Made by a program: the position numbers and the translations under genes. Of a stretch of 64,000 nt of DNA, positions 52,550-61,700 are shown piece by piece. The stretch's first letter is position 1. Every line of letters starts with the position of its first letter. Source of the stretch: Lachnospiraceae bacterium (GTDB taxonomy: Bacteria; Bacillota; Clostridia; Lachnospirales; Lachnospiraceae); assembly GCA_045126475.1 (NCBI GenBank), contig JBGVOL010000067.1, forward strand, positions 18,105 through 82,104. Direction: 5' to 3'. Below the pieces are notes generated by a model. It was not told the DNA's origin, ran no database searches, and saw only the letters and a program-made list of their open reading frames with translations.

Positions 52550-53716
52550 ATGAGTGTAGAAGAAAAAGCTGTTAGCATTGTAGGGGAAAAATATTTATTG
52601 GGATATGAATTTTATAGAAATCAAGGAATGAAAAGTTTTTTTCAAATTAAGAGGGAACAATATAAATATATGTGTATATTTGGAGCCGGAGTTCTCGGAA
52701 CTACATTGTGCAGATGGCTTAAGAATAATGGAATAGAGGTTGATTATTTCTGTGATAATAATAGAGATAGGGACAGCGCGAGAATTATGGATATTCCTTA
52801 TATAACATTTGAAGAACTTGAAGAGATTAAAAATGATGTATATGTTATGGTTTCTGTAACAAATAAGGGATGCGGTAAGAAGTATAATGAAGAGATAAAT
52901 AATCAGTTAAAAGGATTTCCGAATGTTATGCCTAATATATTGCAGTTTATTGGCTTTTATACTAATGACTATAAACTAAATTATGATATATGTATAAAGT
53001 ATGTAGAGAAAATAGTATCAACGCTGGAAGACAATAAGTCAAAAGAATTATTTCTTGAAAATCTAAAATACAAATTTATATCAGATGGTGAACCTGTTTC
53101 ATACAATACTTTGGAGAAGTTCTATAGTCCTGTTCAATACTTTTCGGAAGAATATTATAAAAATACTTCAGATGCGGTTATTGTAGACTGTGGAGCATAT
53201 AAAGGAGATACACTTTTGGAGTATATTAACCTTTTTGGAGATGAATTCACAGAATATCATTGTTTTGAAATGGATGTTGAAGCATTAGAAAAATTAAAAG
53301 TAAATGTGTCAAAACTTCCTTTGAAGATAAAGAGTAAAGTTAAGATACATCCATATGGTGTGTACAAAGAAAGAGGAGAAGCCTATTATGATATATCCAC
53401 GGAAACATTGGCATCTTGTATAAGTGAAACTGGTCAAATGAAGGCTAAATTGATTTCATTGGATGAGGAATTATATGAAAACAGGGTGACTATGATAAAT
53501 ATGGATATAGAAGGCTCTGAGTTATCGGCCCTTCAAGGTGCTGATAAAATTATTAAAAGGTGTAAGCCAATGCTTGCAATAAGTATATACCACTCTACGG
53601 AGCAATTTTTAGGTGTACCATTTTATCTGATGAATAAGTACCCATTTTATAAATACTATATGGGACTACATACTACTATAACAGATGACTGTGTATTATA
53701 TGCGGTTCCAAAGTAA
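52550..53716 (+). CDS. FkbM-family methyltransferase with N-terminal GxG Rossmann-like module
   Basis: Start moved to MSVEEK (ATG at 52550, GGAGG 5 nt upstream). N-module YMCIFGAGVLG...DYFCDNNRDRDSARIMDIPYITFEEL. FkbM motifs VIVDCGAYKGDT and INMDIEGSELSALQGA. Confidence 0.75.
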   Translation: MSVEEKAVSIVGEKYLLGYEFYRNQGMKSFFQIKREQYKYMCIFGAGVLGTTLCRWLKNNGIEVDYFCDNNRDRDSARIMDIPYITFEELEEIKNDVYVMVSVTNKGCGKKYNEEINNQLKGFPNVMPNILQFIGFYTNDYKLNYDICIKYVEKIVSTLEDNKSKELFLENLKYKFISDGEPVSYNTLEKFYSPVQYFSEEYYKNTSDAVIVDCGAYKGDTLLEYINLFGDEFTEYHCFEMDVEALEKLKVNVSKLPLKIKSKVKIHPYGVYKERGEAYYDISTETLASCISETGQMKAKLISLDEELYENRVTMINMDIEGSELSALQGADKIIKRCKPMLAISIYHSTEQFLGVPFYLMNKYPFYKYYMGLHTTITDDCVLYAVPK

Positions 53717-53737
53717 GTTTAGTTAGGAGGAATTCTT

Positions 53738-54748
53738 ATGGTAAAACGAGATAGGTTAGAATATTCTAATTTGAGAACTAGATTAGAAGAAGCGGTTCCA
53801 TTGCCCGCACCATTTGTTGTTTTTTTAGATCCATGTGGTGCCTGCAATTTTTTTTGTAAGTTTTGTCCATGCAATAATAGCGATTTCATGAGAGAACAGA
53901 GGCATGAAAAAATGTCCATGGAATTATTCTATAAAATTCTTAATGACCTTGAAGAATTCACTGAAAAGGTAAAAGTTATAAATTTGTATGGATTTGGAGA
54001 GCCACTGTTACATCCTCAATATATTGAAATGATAAAAGAGATAAAGGATAGAAATATTTGTCGAGAACTTAGGTGTACTACAAACGGATTTCTTTTATCG
54101 GAGCAAATGAACAAAAAACTAGTAGAGGCAGGAATTGATATGGTTAGAATATCGGTAGAGGCTCTAAATAGTAAAGATTATTTAGACATTTGTAATGTGA
54201 AGATAGATTTTGAACAATTTGTCAGAAACATAAAAAATTTGTATGAAATAAGCAGAGGAACAAGTACAAAGGTTTCTGTTAAAATTTTAAATGTTGCTCT
54301 TAAAGATGACAATGATGCCAACAGATTTTATGATATTTTTGAACCTATATCAGATTATACATATATTCAGGATACTACACAGGCATGGTCTGAGTTTGAT
54401 GCCTATGTACCTGAGAATAATTATAGTGCAGGTAACATTGGAGATATGAAAGATGAGGACAAAATATGCTCGTTTGCTTTAACTAATATGGCCATTCATT
54501 CAAATGGAAGTGTGGGTGTATGTCCTCAAGATTGGAAATTTGCAACCGAATATGGAAGTGTTAAAAACACATCGCTTAAAGATTTATGGGATTCAAATAA
54601 GCTTTTGGGATTTAGAGTTGCACATTTAAGTGGAAATAGGAGAAAAATTCCATATTGCAAAGATTGTGATGTTTGCGTGTCTAATGATGATGTAAGAAAA
54701 AGTGCAGACATAATAATTAAAAGATTAAAAGATAATAAAAATAGGTGA
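53738..54748 (+). CDS. radical SAM/SPASM-type enzyme (no N-module)
   Basis: FLDPCGACNFFCKFCP (CX3CX2C). C-terminal CSFALTNMAIHSNGSVGVC (C-X12-G-X4-C) and PYCKDCDVC. Confidence 0.8.
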   Translation: MVKRDRLEYSNLRTRLEEAVPLPAPFVVFLDPCGACNFFCKFCPCNNSDFMREQRHEKMSMELFYKILNDLEEFTEKVKVINLYGFGEPLLHPQYIEMIKEIKDRNICRELRCTTNGFLLSEQMNKKLVEAGIDMVRISVEALNSKDYLDICNVKIDFEQFVRNIKNLYEISRGTSTKVSVKILNVALKDDNDANRFYDIFEPISDYTYIQDTTQAWSEFDAYVPENNYSAGNIGDMKDEDKICSFALTNMAIHSNGSVGVCPQDWKFATEYGSVKNTSLKDLWDSNKLLGFRVAHLSGNRRKIPYCKDCDVCVSNDDVRKSADIIIKRLKDNKNR

Positions 54749-54753
54749 AGTGT

Positions 54754-55602
54754 ATGACAGCATTTGAACAGATGACGAAGATAATCGAAAGGCTAATACA
54801 AGATGGCTGCAAAAATTTTATTATTTACCCATATGGTATACCAGGTAAAGCTGTGCATAGAATTCTTATTGAAAAGTATGGTATAGAGCCGGTAGCAATT
54901 ATTGATGAAAAAAAAGCAACGGATGATGGTAAAATATGTAAATCAGAGCATCTTGATAGTATTGATGGAGGGGTAGTTCTTGTAGCAACAAAAAATCCTG
55001 AATGTTTGAAAGAAATTAAAGAAAAAGTAAAGGAAAAAGGTCAACGGTTCAGAGTTGAAGATGTATTACCTGTCGAGGTTGGCAGACATACATGGGGGGA
55101 AGGTATATTACCAGAATGCTCTGGATTTACAATAGAGAGAATAGGTTCTTTTTGTAGTTTCGCTAAGGGTTCGTGTGTAGTTGGAAATCATCAGATTGAT
55201 ACTGTATCCTCTAGTGCTTTATTCAATGGAATTAATTTAGATGGTGCAGATATTTTTAAGGAAAAGTGTGAAAATGTAAAACTTGGGGATATGACAGACG
55301 TAAAGAGATGTATCATAGGAAATGATGTTTGGCTTGGACGCAATGTAATTGTGTGCAATGGTGCAATAATAGGAGATGGAGTTGTGGCGGCGGCAGGAGC
55401 TGTTATAACGAAAGATGTTCCGGACTATGCGATTGTAGGCGGGGTTCCGGCGAAAATCATAAAGTATAGATATTCAGAAGAACAGATAAAAAAGTTGAAG
55501 AAAATAAAATGGTGGGATTGGAGCGATGAAAAGATTGTAGATAATTTTGAAGATTTTCATAATATAGAACGATTTTTAGATAAGCATTACCGAGATGAAT
55601 AA
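54754..55602 (+). CDS. CatB/Vat-type (XAT) hexapeptide acetyltransferase with N-terminal Rossmann-like module
   Basis: N-module NFIIYPYGIPGKAVHRIL...VAIIDEKKATDDGK. LbH repeats IGNDVWLGRNVIVCNGAIIGDGVVAAAGAVITKDVPDYAIVGGVPAKIIKYRY and tail KIKWWDWSDEKI. Start taken at ATG 54754 (AGGTGA upstream); GTG 54745 is possible. Confidence 0.8.
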   Translation: MTAFEQMTKIIERLIQDGCKNFIIYPYGIPGKAVHRILIEKYGIEPVAIIDEKKATDDGKICKSEHLDSIDGGVVLVATKNPECLKEIKEKVKEKGQRFRVEDVLPVEVGRHTWGEGILPECSGFTIERIGSFCSFAKGSCVVGNHQIDTVSSSALFNGINLDGADIFKEKCENVKLGDMTDVKRCIIGNDVWLGRNVIVCNGAIIGDGVVAAAGAVITKDVPDYAIVGGVPAKIIKYRYSEEQIKKLKKIKWWDWSDEKIVDNFEDFHNIERFLDKHYRDE

Positions 55603-55629
55603 AAAGTACATATGAAAGGAAAATAAAAA

Positions 55630-56727
55630 ATGAATATATTTGGAGAGCCTAGAACAAAGGCAGATATAATAAAACATGAGAAGTTGTTTTTGTGGGGAGC
55701 AGGATTTGCCTGCACAATGACGGTAAATTGTTTTGGAAAAGAGAAAGTTAACGGAATATTTGATAATGATGAGAGGAAATGGGGCGAAAAGCTCTGTGGT
55801 ATTGACATAATATCACCACAAAAATTAGAAGAATATAAAAATGATGATTATGTAATAGTAATTTCAACTAATGGATACGAATATGAGATAGCAGAAGGTA
55901 TAAAAGAAAAATGGAATGTTCCACAGGATAGGATTTACTGCAATTCAAACGATATACTTGAGGAATGTAGATATTTACCAAGGATTATAGAAGAAAATAT
56001 GGATAGGATATTTGCGGTAAAGGAGATGCTGGCAGATAATGATTCAAAAGAATTTTATATGAATTTTATAAAAGCGTGTTATAACAGAAATCCGTTTTTG
56101 TTTAGGGATAACAAAAGTGCAGTTGATGCTTACGAATACGCTACTGATATGGCATCTGTTGGACTGAAAGGTGGAGAAACAATTCTTGATTGTGGTGCAT
56201 TCATTGGAGATACAGCAAGATTATTTATGGGCAAGACAAAAAATAATTGTAAAATATATTGTTTTGAACCTGTTGTAGAAAATTGTAAAGAGATGGAGAA
56301 GTGGATAAAAGAAGAAAAGATAGATAATGTTTTTGTGCACAATGTAGGTGTGGGGGAGAAAAAACATAAAGACTATGTTTACTCCAATGAGGAAGTTACA
56401 ACTATGGGTGCAGTGGGGGATAACAGATTTAGAGCAGACAATCCGGTTGTAAATGAAATACTGGTAGATACTATTGATAATTTGGCAGAAGGAATAGCGG
56501 TCGACTATATAAAAATGGATATTGAGGGAGCTGAAATGGCAGCAATAAGAGGTGGAAAAAACACTATACTAAAAAATAAACCACAAATGCTAATTAGTGG
56601 ATATCACAGAATAGCGGATATGTGGGAGATTCCAGAATATGTTATTGGATTATGCAGTGAGTACAAGATATTTTTAGGTCATCAGCCACACGCACCGTTT
56701 GAGCCGGAGTTTATGTTTGTAAGATAG
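55630..56727 (+). CDS. second FkbM-family methyltransferase with N-terminal GxG Rossmann-like module
   Basis: N-module KLFLWGAGFAC...NGIFDNDERKWGEKLCGIDIISPQKL. FkbM motifs ILDCGAFIGDT and IKMDIEGAEMAAIRGG. Confidence 0.75.
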   Translation: MNIFGEPRTKADIIKHEKLFLWGAGFACTMTVNCFGKEKVNGIFDNDERKWGEKLCGIDIISPQKLEEYKNDDYVIVISTNGYEYEIAEGIKEKWNVPQDRIYCNSNDILEECRYLPRIIEENMDRIFAVKEMLADNDSKEFYMNFIKACYNRNPFLFRDNKSAVDAYEYATDMASVGLKGGETILDCGAFIGDTARLFMGKTKNNCKIYCFEPVVENCKEMEKWIKEEKIDNVFVHNVGVGEKKHKDYVYSNEEVTTMGAVGDNRFRADNPVVNEILVDTIDNLAEGIAVDYIKMDIEGAEMAAIRGGKNTILKNKPQMLISGYHRIADMWEIPEYVIGLCSEYKIFLGHQPHAPFEPEFMFVR

Positions 56728-56737
56728 GAGAATACGT

Positions 56738-57808
56738 ATGAAAAAAATGGGAATAGCGACGTTATACTTTTACAATAATTTTGGCTCAGTACTTCAGGCG
56801 TATGCTCTGAAAAATGTTTTAGAAGGAATGAACGTGGACGTTGAGTTTTTGCCGTATAAGCCGGCTATTCCTAATGTGAAGTATTTTCAAGATACGAAGC
56901 TTCAGAAAAAGTATTTTGAGAAAGGTCAGAAATTTGATGCGTTTAGGAATAAAATTTTAAATATAAAGGATGGAGATATTCGTGAGTCAAATTTACTAAA
57001 CAAGGAGTTAGATGGCTACATAGTAGGAAGCGATATAGTATGGGGAAGGGAATTTTCAAACTTGGATCCTGTTTATTTCTTGGATTTTGTTGATAAAGGT
57101 AAAGTACGTGCAACGTATGCTGCAAGTATGATTTTTAATAGTAATGGATTGCCAGAAAATGATGCAATATACGAAAAATATATACCAAAGTTTGATTACT
57201 TATCTGTTAGGGAACAATCAAGTGTTCCATACATTCAAAAACTTACAGAAAAGAAAGTATATACTGTGTTGGATCCTACACTTCTACTTAATAGTAGTCA
57301 GTATGATTCTATAGCTGATTGCACGTGCGGCAGAGAACAAAAATCGCCATATCTTTTATCGTATTTTTTAACACATGATCCTGCGGTAGTAGATTACACA
57401 AATATGATTGCAAAAAAGTTAGGCTTAAGGGTAGTTCATTTTTTTGCGGATTATCCTAAAAGGGTGTTTGATGAAAATGCAGGGGATTTCACTTTTGTAG
57501 GACCATCAGAATTTTTGGGTTTGGTAAAAAATGCCGCGTGTATTTTTACAAATTCATTCCATGGAACATGTTTCTCAATTATATATCGTAAACCCTTTTA
57601 TACATATACAGCAAAGAGGAGTTTGTTATCTAGAGTTGATAATATGGCGGAAAGATTAGATATAAAAGCACGTTGCTTTACAGATTTTAGGGATTTGAAT
57701 AAGGTTACATTGGATATTGATTACACAGAGGTAGAAAGAAGAATTGAAGTTGAAAAGAAATACTCTTTGGAATATTTAAGAAGTGTTGTGGAGGGGTTGT
57801 ATGTATAA
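56738..57808 (+). CDS. polysaccharide pyruvyl transferase family protein
   Basis: N-terminus MGIATLYFYNNFGSVLQAYALKNVLEGM and overall layout typical of PS_pyruv_trans proteins in Firmicute glycan loci (recognition by memory). Confidence 0.7.
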   Translation: MKKMGIATLYFYNNFGSVLQAYALKNVLEGMNVDVEFLPYKPAIPNVKYFQDTKLQKKYFEKGQKFDAFRNKILNIKDGDIRESNLLNKELDGYIVGSDIVWGREFSNLDPVYFLDFVDKGKVRATYAASMIFNSNGLPENDAIYEKYIPKFDYLSVREQSSVPYIQKLTEKKVYTVLDPTLLLNSSQYDSIADCTCGREQKSPYLLSYFLTHDPAVVDYTNMIAKKLGLRVVHFFADYPKRVFDENAGDFTFVGPSEFLGLVKNAACIFTNSFHGTCFSIIYRKPFYTYTAKRSLLSRVDNMAERLDIKARCFTDFRDLNKVTLDIDYTEVERRIEVEKKYSLEYLRSVVEGLYV

Positions 57809-58205
57809 TGGAGTTTATGATCAAGAGCAGTTTGCCTATATGTATGATACTTTAACAAAGTGGTTAAATGTAAAGATAAATAAAGGATCATTGGGAAAAT
57901 GTCTTATAAATAAAAACATTAATAAGATATATATATATGGTTTGGGTAATATAGGAAAAATGGCTTATGATGATATAGTCACCGAACAGGTTGAGGTAAA
58001 GTCGTTTGTTGATAAGAAATATAAAAAATACGTAGATGGATATAAGGGAATTCAAGTTATTGGAATCGAAAAATTAGGAGAACTGGATGAGGATACATAT
58101 ATCCTTGTGACGCCAGAGTATTATTTTAACGATATACTAAATGATTTAAGGGAAGGGGGAATACCATTGGATAAAATAATTACAATACCAATGGTAATTG
58201 TCTGA
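57801..58205 (+). CDS. stand-alone copy of the GxG Rossmann-like module (134 aa)
   Basis: KIYIYGLGNIGKMAYDDIV...KSFVDKKYKKYVDGYKGIQVIGIEKLGELDEDTYILVT. ATG at 57801 after GGAGGGG. Overlaps the upstream stop (ATGTATAA) and the downstream start (TGATG). Confidence 0.5.
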   Translation: MYNGVYDQEQFAYMYDTLTKWLNVKINKGSLGKCLINKNINKIYIYGLGNIGKMAYDDIVTEQVEVKSFVDKKYKKYVDGYKGIQVIGIEKLGELDEDTYILVTPEYYFNDILNDLREGGIPLDKIITIPMVIV

Positions 58206-59545
58206 TGAGAGATATTACATTAAAAGAATTTATGGAAAAGATACAATCTGAAAACAAGAAGATTGTATGTTTTGGAACAGGTCTTATGCTGGAAGATGCA
58301 ATGAGGAATAAAGATATTCTTGAAAGAATAGTTTATCTTGTAGATAATAATAGAGAAAAACAGGGAAGAAATCTGTTGGTTTTTGGAAGAGAATATAGCG
58401 TGTATTCGCCGGAGGAAATTGTTGAGAGATTAGATGAACAAACCGTGATTCTAATAACATCGGGGTATTACAAAGAGATATTAAATCAGTTGGAAACAAT
58501 GAATGGAATTGATAATACAGAAATTTATTCCTATCCTGAAATACGTGTGAATTTAAAAAAAGGGAGCGAAGAGTTTTTTGAAAAAAGAATTCTTGATGAA
58601 TGCTTAAAAGAGTATGATGAATTACTGGTACAGTTTGGAATAGATAAAGATAAAAAAAACAGGCTTATAGAAGAGAAAAAGAAATATATATTAGGTTCAA
58701 GTGTATCAGAACGCCCAGTTGTACTTCCGAGAATAATGATTATGCCTACAACAAAGTGTAATCTTAGGTGTAAAGGATGTTCGTCGCTTCTTCCTTTATT
58801 CGATAAACCATGTGATGTTGAAATAGATAAAATAATCACTGATTTAAACAGTTTTTTTGCGGCTATTGATCAATGTATAAGGATTACTATCGGGGGTGAG
58901 CCTTTTTTATATCCTCGTTTAAAGGAGGTTCTGGAATATCTTATAGATGAACAGAAGGTGCTTGGCATTATTATGATTACAAATAGTACCATTTTGCCCA
59001 AAACTGAGATAATTGAACTAATGAAGAATAAAAAGGTAATGGTTGAGGTAAGTGATTATGGTCATCTTGAGAAAATGAGTCGGCTCATTACTTTGTTGGA
59101 AAAAAATGATGTTTATTTTAAAGTTTTGACAGAGCAGAAATGGACAGACATGGGAGGCGTGCAGTATAGAAATAGAACACAAGAGGAACTGAGATTTTCA
59201 TATTTAAATTGTGAACAAAGTAGAATAATTAAAGGCGTGCACGATGGAAAGTTTTTTACGTGTGCAAGATGCGCCAGAATGCTTGCATTAGGAGTATTTA
59301 AATCCGAGAGAGATTATTTTGATTTGAGTGACGATTCTGAATATATAAGAGGAAGAATAAAAGAAATGTACAGTTATGATTATGCTGATGCCTGCAATTA
59401 TTGTGATTTGGGAAGTTTGCCGACGAAGGTTATTGATGCAGGTGTACAACTTAATGGTAGTATAGAAAAGTCAGCATACACTATTGTGAATAGAGAAGAA
59501 TATGAAAGGTTAAAAAGTGAATCGGTATTAAGAGGAAGACAATAA
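58205..59545 (+). CDS. radical SAM enzyme (twitch/SPASM-like) with N-terminal GxG Rossmann-like module
   Basis: N-module KIVCFGTGLML...VYLVDNNREKQGRNLLVFGREYSVYSPEEI. Triad KCNLRCKGC. Auxiliary CEQSRIIKGVHDGKFFTC (C-X11-G-X4-C), CARC and CNYCD. Confidence 0.8.
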   Translation: MRDITLKEFMEKIQSENKKIVCFGTGLMLEDAMRNKDILERIVYLVDNNREKQGRNLLVFGREYSVYSPEEIVERLDEQTVILITSGYYKEILNQLETMNGIDNTEIYSYPEIRVNLKKGSEEFFEKRILDECLKEYDELLVQFGIDKDKKNRLIEEKKKYILGSSVSERPVVLPRIMIMPTTKCNLRCKGCSSLLPLFDKPCDVEIDKIITDLNSFFAAIDQCIRITIGGEPFLYPRLKEVLEYLIDEQKVLGIIMITNSTILPKTEIIELMKNKKVMVEVSDYGHLEKMSRLITLLEKNDVYFKVLTEQKWTDMGGVQYRNRTQEELRFSYLNCEQSRIIKGVHDGKFFTCARCARMLALGVFKSERDYFDLSDDSEYIRGRIKEMYSYDYADACNYCDLGSLPTKVIDAGVQLNGSIEKSAYTIVNREEYERLKSESVLRGRQ

Positions 59546-59547
59546 AT

Positions 59548-61692
59548 ATGAATAATATGTCGTATTATAGTGCTGAACAGAAGCAGGTAATTGAACTGTT
59601 TAGAAATGGATTAAAAAAATATATTGATAAAAATATAGTTCTATATGGTATTGGAAGGAATACAGATGCTATTGTTGGAGAGGTAAAAGAATATAACATA
59701 ATGGGGTTAATGGATGTTTCTTCTACAGGACAAACTGTTTATGGAATGAAAGTCTTGGATGAGAGTGAGGTTATTAAATTAAAAGCAATCGTGGTTATAG
59801 TTGCAAGAGATTCAGTAATACCAATAATTTATAGCAGAATTAAGCATTTGAAAGAAAATGGAATCATTATAGTTGACTATGCAGGTAGATGTATAAATGA
59901 GTCGGAGAAATATGAGAATGATTTTCTAGAATATTGGAGTATTACAGAAGACGACCTTTTAAAAGAAATCGATAAGCATAAGGTGATTTCCTTTGATTTG
60001 TTTGATACACTTATAATGAGAAAGATTCTTAATCCGGATAATGTTTTTGAATTGGTAGAGAGAGTATTGCCTTTTGATGAAAATAAAAAAAGGGGGTTTT
60101 CTAAAATACGTCGAAAAACGGGAAAAGAATTAAGAGGGTGTCCTGACATAAATGAAATTTATAAAGAAATGGAAAAGTATGGGTTTGACACAAAAATACT
60201 TGAAGAAGGAAAGAAAATAGAAATAGATATAGAAAAAAAAATGCTTTGTCAAAGGAAAAAGATGGTTGAAATATTTGAGTATGCAGTTAATACAGGAAAA
60301 CAAGTATATATTGTTTCAGATATGTACTTGAATAAGAGTATTATTGAGAATATAGTGAATTCGTTAGGAATAACAGGATATTTGAACATTCTTGTTTCTT
60401 GCGAATATGGCAAAAGTAAGGAAAGTGGAGAATTATATAGGGAGTTAAAAAAGGAATCAGGTAGTGGACAAATACTTCATATTGGTGACAATAGAATTGT
60501 CGATGGAGAATTGGCAGAAAAGGAGGGGATAGATTCATTTTTGATTTATAGTGCATATGATATTTTTATGGCATCTTCGATGAATAAATTGCTAGTTGAT
60601 ATAAACAGTTTGGAAGAAAAGATAATATTGGGATTGCTGGCAGAGAACTTATTTAACAATCCATTTGTACTTTCTGATAGTAAGGGTAAAGTATGTATTA
60701 ATGATTTTAAACTATTTGGAAAAGCAATTATTGGTCCAATTATGGGGGAGTTCGTACATTGGCTTGTTTGTCAGGTAAATGAAAGTAAACAAGATGAGCT
60801 TTTGCTACCATCAAGAGATGGATATCTTATAAAAGTGTTGTTAGATAGTTTAAAATGTAAAAAAAACTTTTCATATAGTTATTTTAAAAGCTCCAGACGA
60901 ACGGTGTCAGTGGCAGCTACAAAAAACATGGCAGATATATTAGGATTACTAGAAAGAAAATACAATGGCACTTATGGAGATTTTCTTTATGACAGATTTG
61001 GCGTAGAACCATGTAGAGATGATGATATGAGAAATAAAATTATTGTGTGGGACAGGGACTATAGCAGCGTCAAAAAATATATATTGTCTTATGCAGAAAG
61101 TATATTAAAAAATGCTAGTAAGGAAAGAGATAATTATAATAAATATTTAAAGAAAAATAATATTATGCATGGAAGGTCATACGCTATATTTGATTTTATT
61201 GCTGGCGGAACGGTACAGCATTATTTAGAAAAAATTATTGGAAATAGGCTTGAGGGCTTTTATTTTGCAACAATGAATCTTCCTAATCGCTGGTTTGGCG
61301 TTGGAGATATAAAAAGTGCCTATGGTAATATATGTTCATATGGAGGTAAAAGCTATATAGAGAAGTATTATCTTTTACTTGAGGGTATTATGACGGATGA
61401 AAATGCTACACTTATACGTGTGGAAGATTCTGGAGAAATGGTATATGAAGAGAAAAAAAATAATAATTATAAAAATATTGCTTTGATTCAAGCAGGAATA
61501 GTAGATTATGTAAATGAACAAGATGAAATAAAACGGTTAATGGATGATTGGAAATTGTCATTCGAAATGTCTGATAAAATATTTGGGCAGATATTTGAAA
61601 ACGGATGCGTTGTCAGTGAGGATATTAAGAAAAGTTTTGAGAATGACGATAAATACATGGGGATAAAGACATATAGAATGTGGAGTAAGTAG
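59548..61692 (+). CDS. large multidomain protein: GxG Rossmann-like module + HAD-like hydrolase domain + ~350-aa domain of unknown function
   Basis: N-module NIVLYGIGRNT...MGLMDVSSTGQTVYGMKVLDESEV. HAD motif I ISFDLFDTLIMRK, motif III-like ILHIGDN. The C-terminal half has no recognisable motif. Confidence 0.55.
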   Translation: MNNMSYYSAEQKQVIELFRNGLKKYIDKNIVLYGIGRNTDAIVGEVKEYNIMGLMDVSSTGQTVYGMKVLDESEVIKLKAIVVIVARDSVIPIIYSRIKHLKENGIIIVDYAGRCINESEKYENDFLEYWSITEDDLLKEIDKHKVISFDLFDTLIMRKILNPDNVFELVERVLPFDENKKRGFSKIRRKTGKELRGCPDINEIYKEMEKYGFDTKILEEGKKIEIDIEKKMLCQRKKMVEIFEYAVNTGKQVYIVSDMYLNKSIIENIVNSLGITGYLNILVSCEYGKSKESGELYRELKKESGSGQILHIGDNRIVDGELAEKEGIDSFLIYSAYDIFMASSMNKLLVDINSLEEKIILGLLAENLFNNPFVLSDSKGKVCINDFKLFGKAIIGPIMGEFVHWLVCQVNESKQDELLLPSRDGYLIKVLLDSLKCKKNFSYSYFKSSRRTVSVAATKNMADILGLLERKYNGTYGDFLYDRFGVEPCRDDDMRNKIIVWDRDYSSVKKYILSYAESILKNASKERDNYNKYLKKNNIMHGRSYAIFDFIAGGTVQHYLEKIIGNRLEGFYFATMNLPNRWFGVGDIKSAYGNICSYGGKSYIEKYYLLLEGIMTDENATLIRVEDSGEMVYEEKKNNNYKNIALIQAGIVDYVNEQDEIKRLMDDWKLSFEMSDKIFGQIFENGCVVSEDIKKSFENDDKYMGIKTYRMWSK

Positions 61693-61700
61693 AGGTATAT

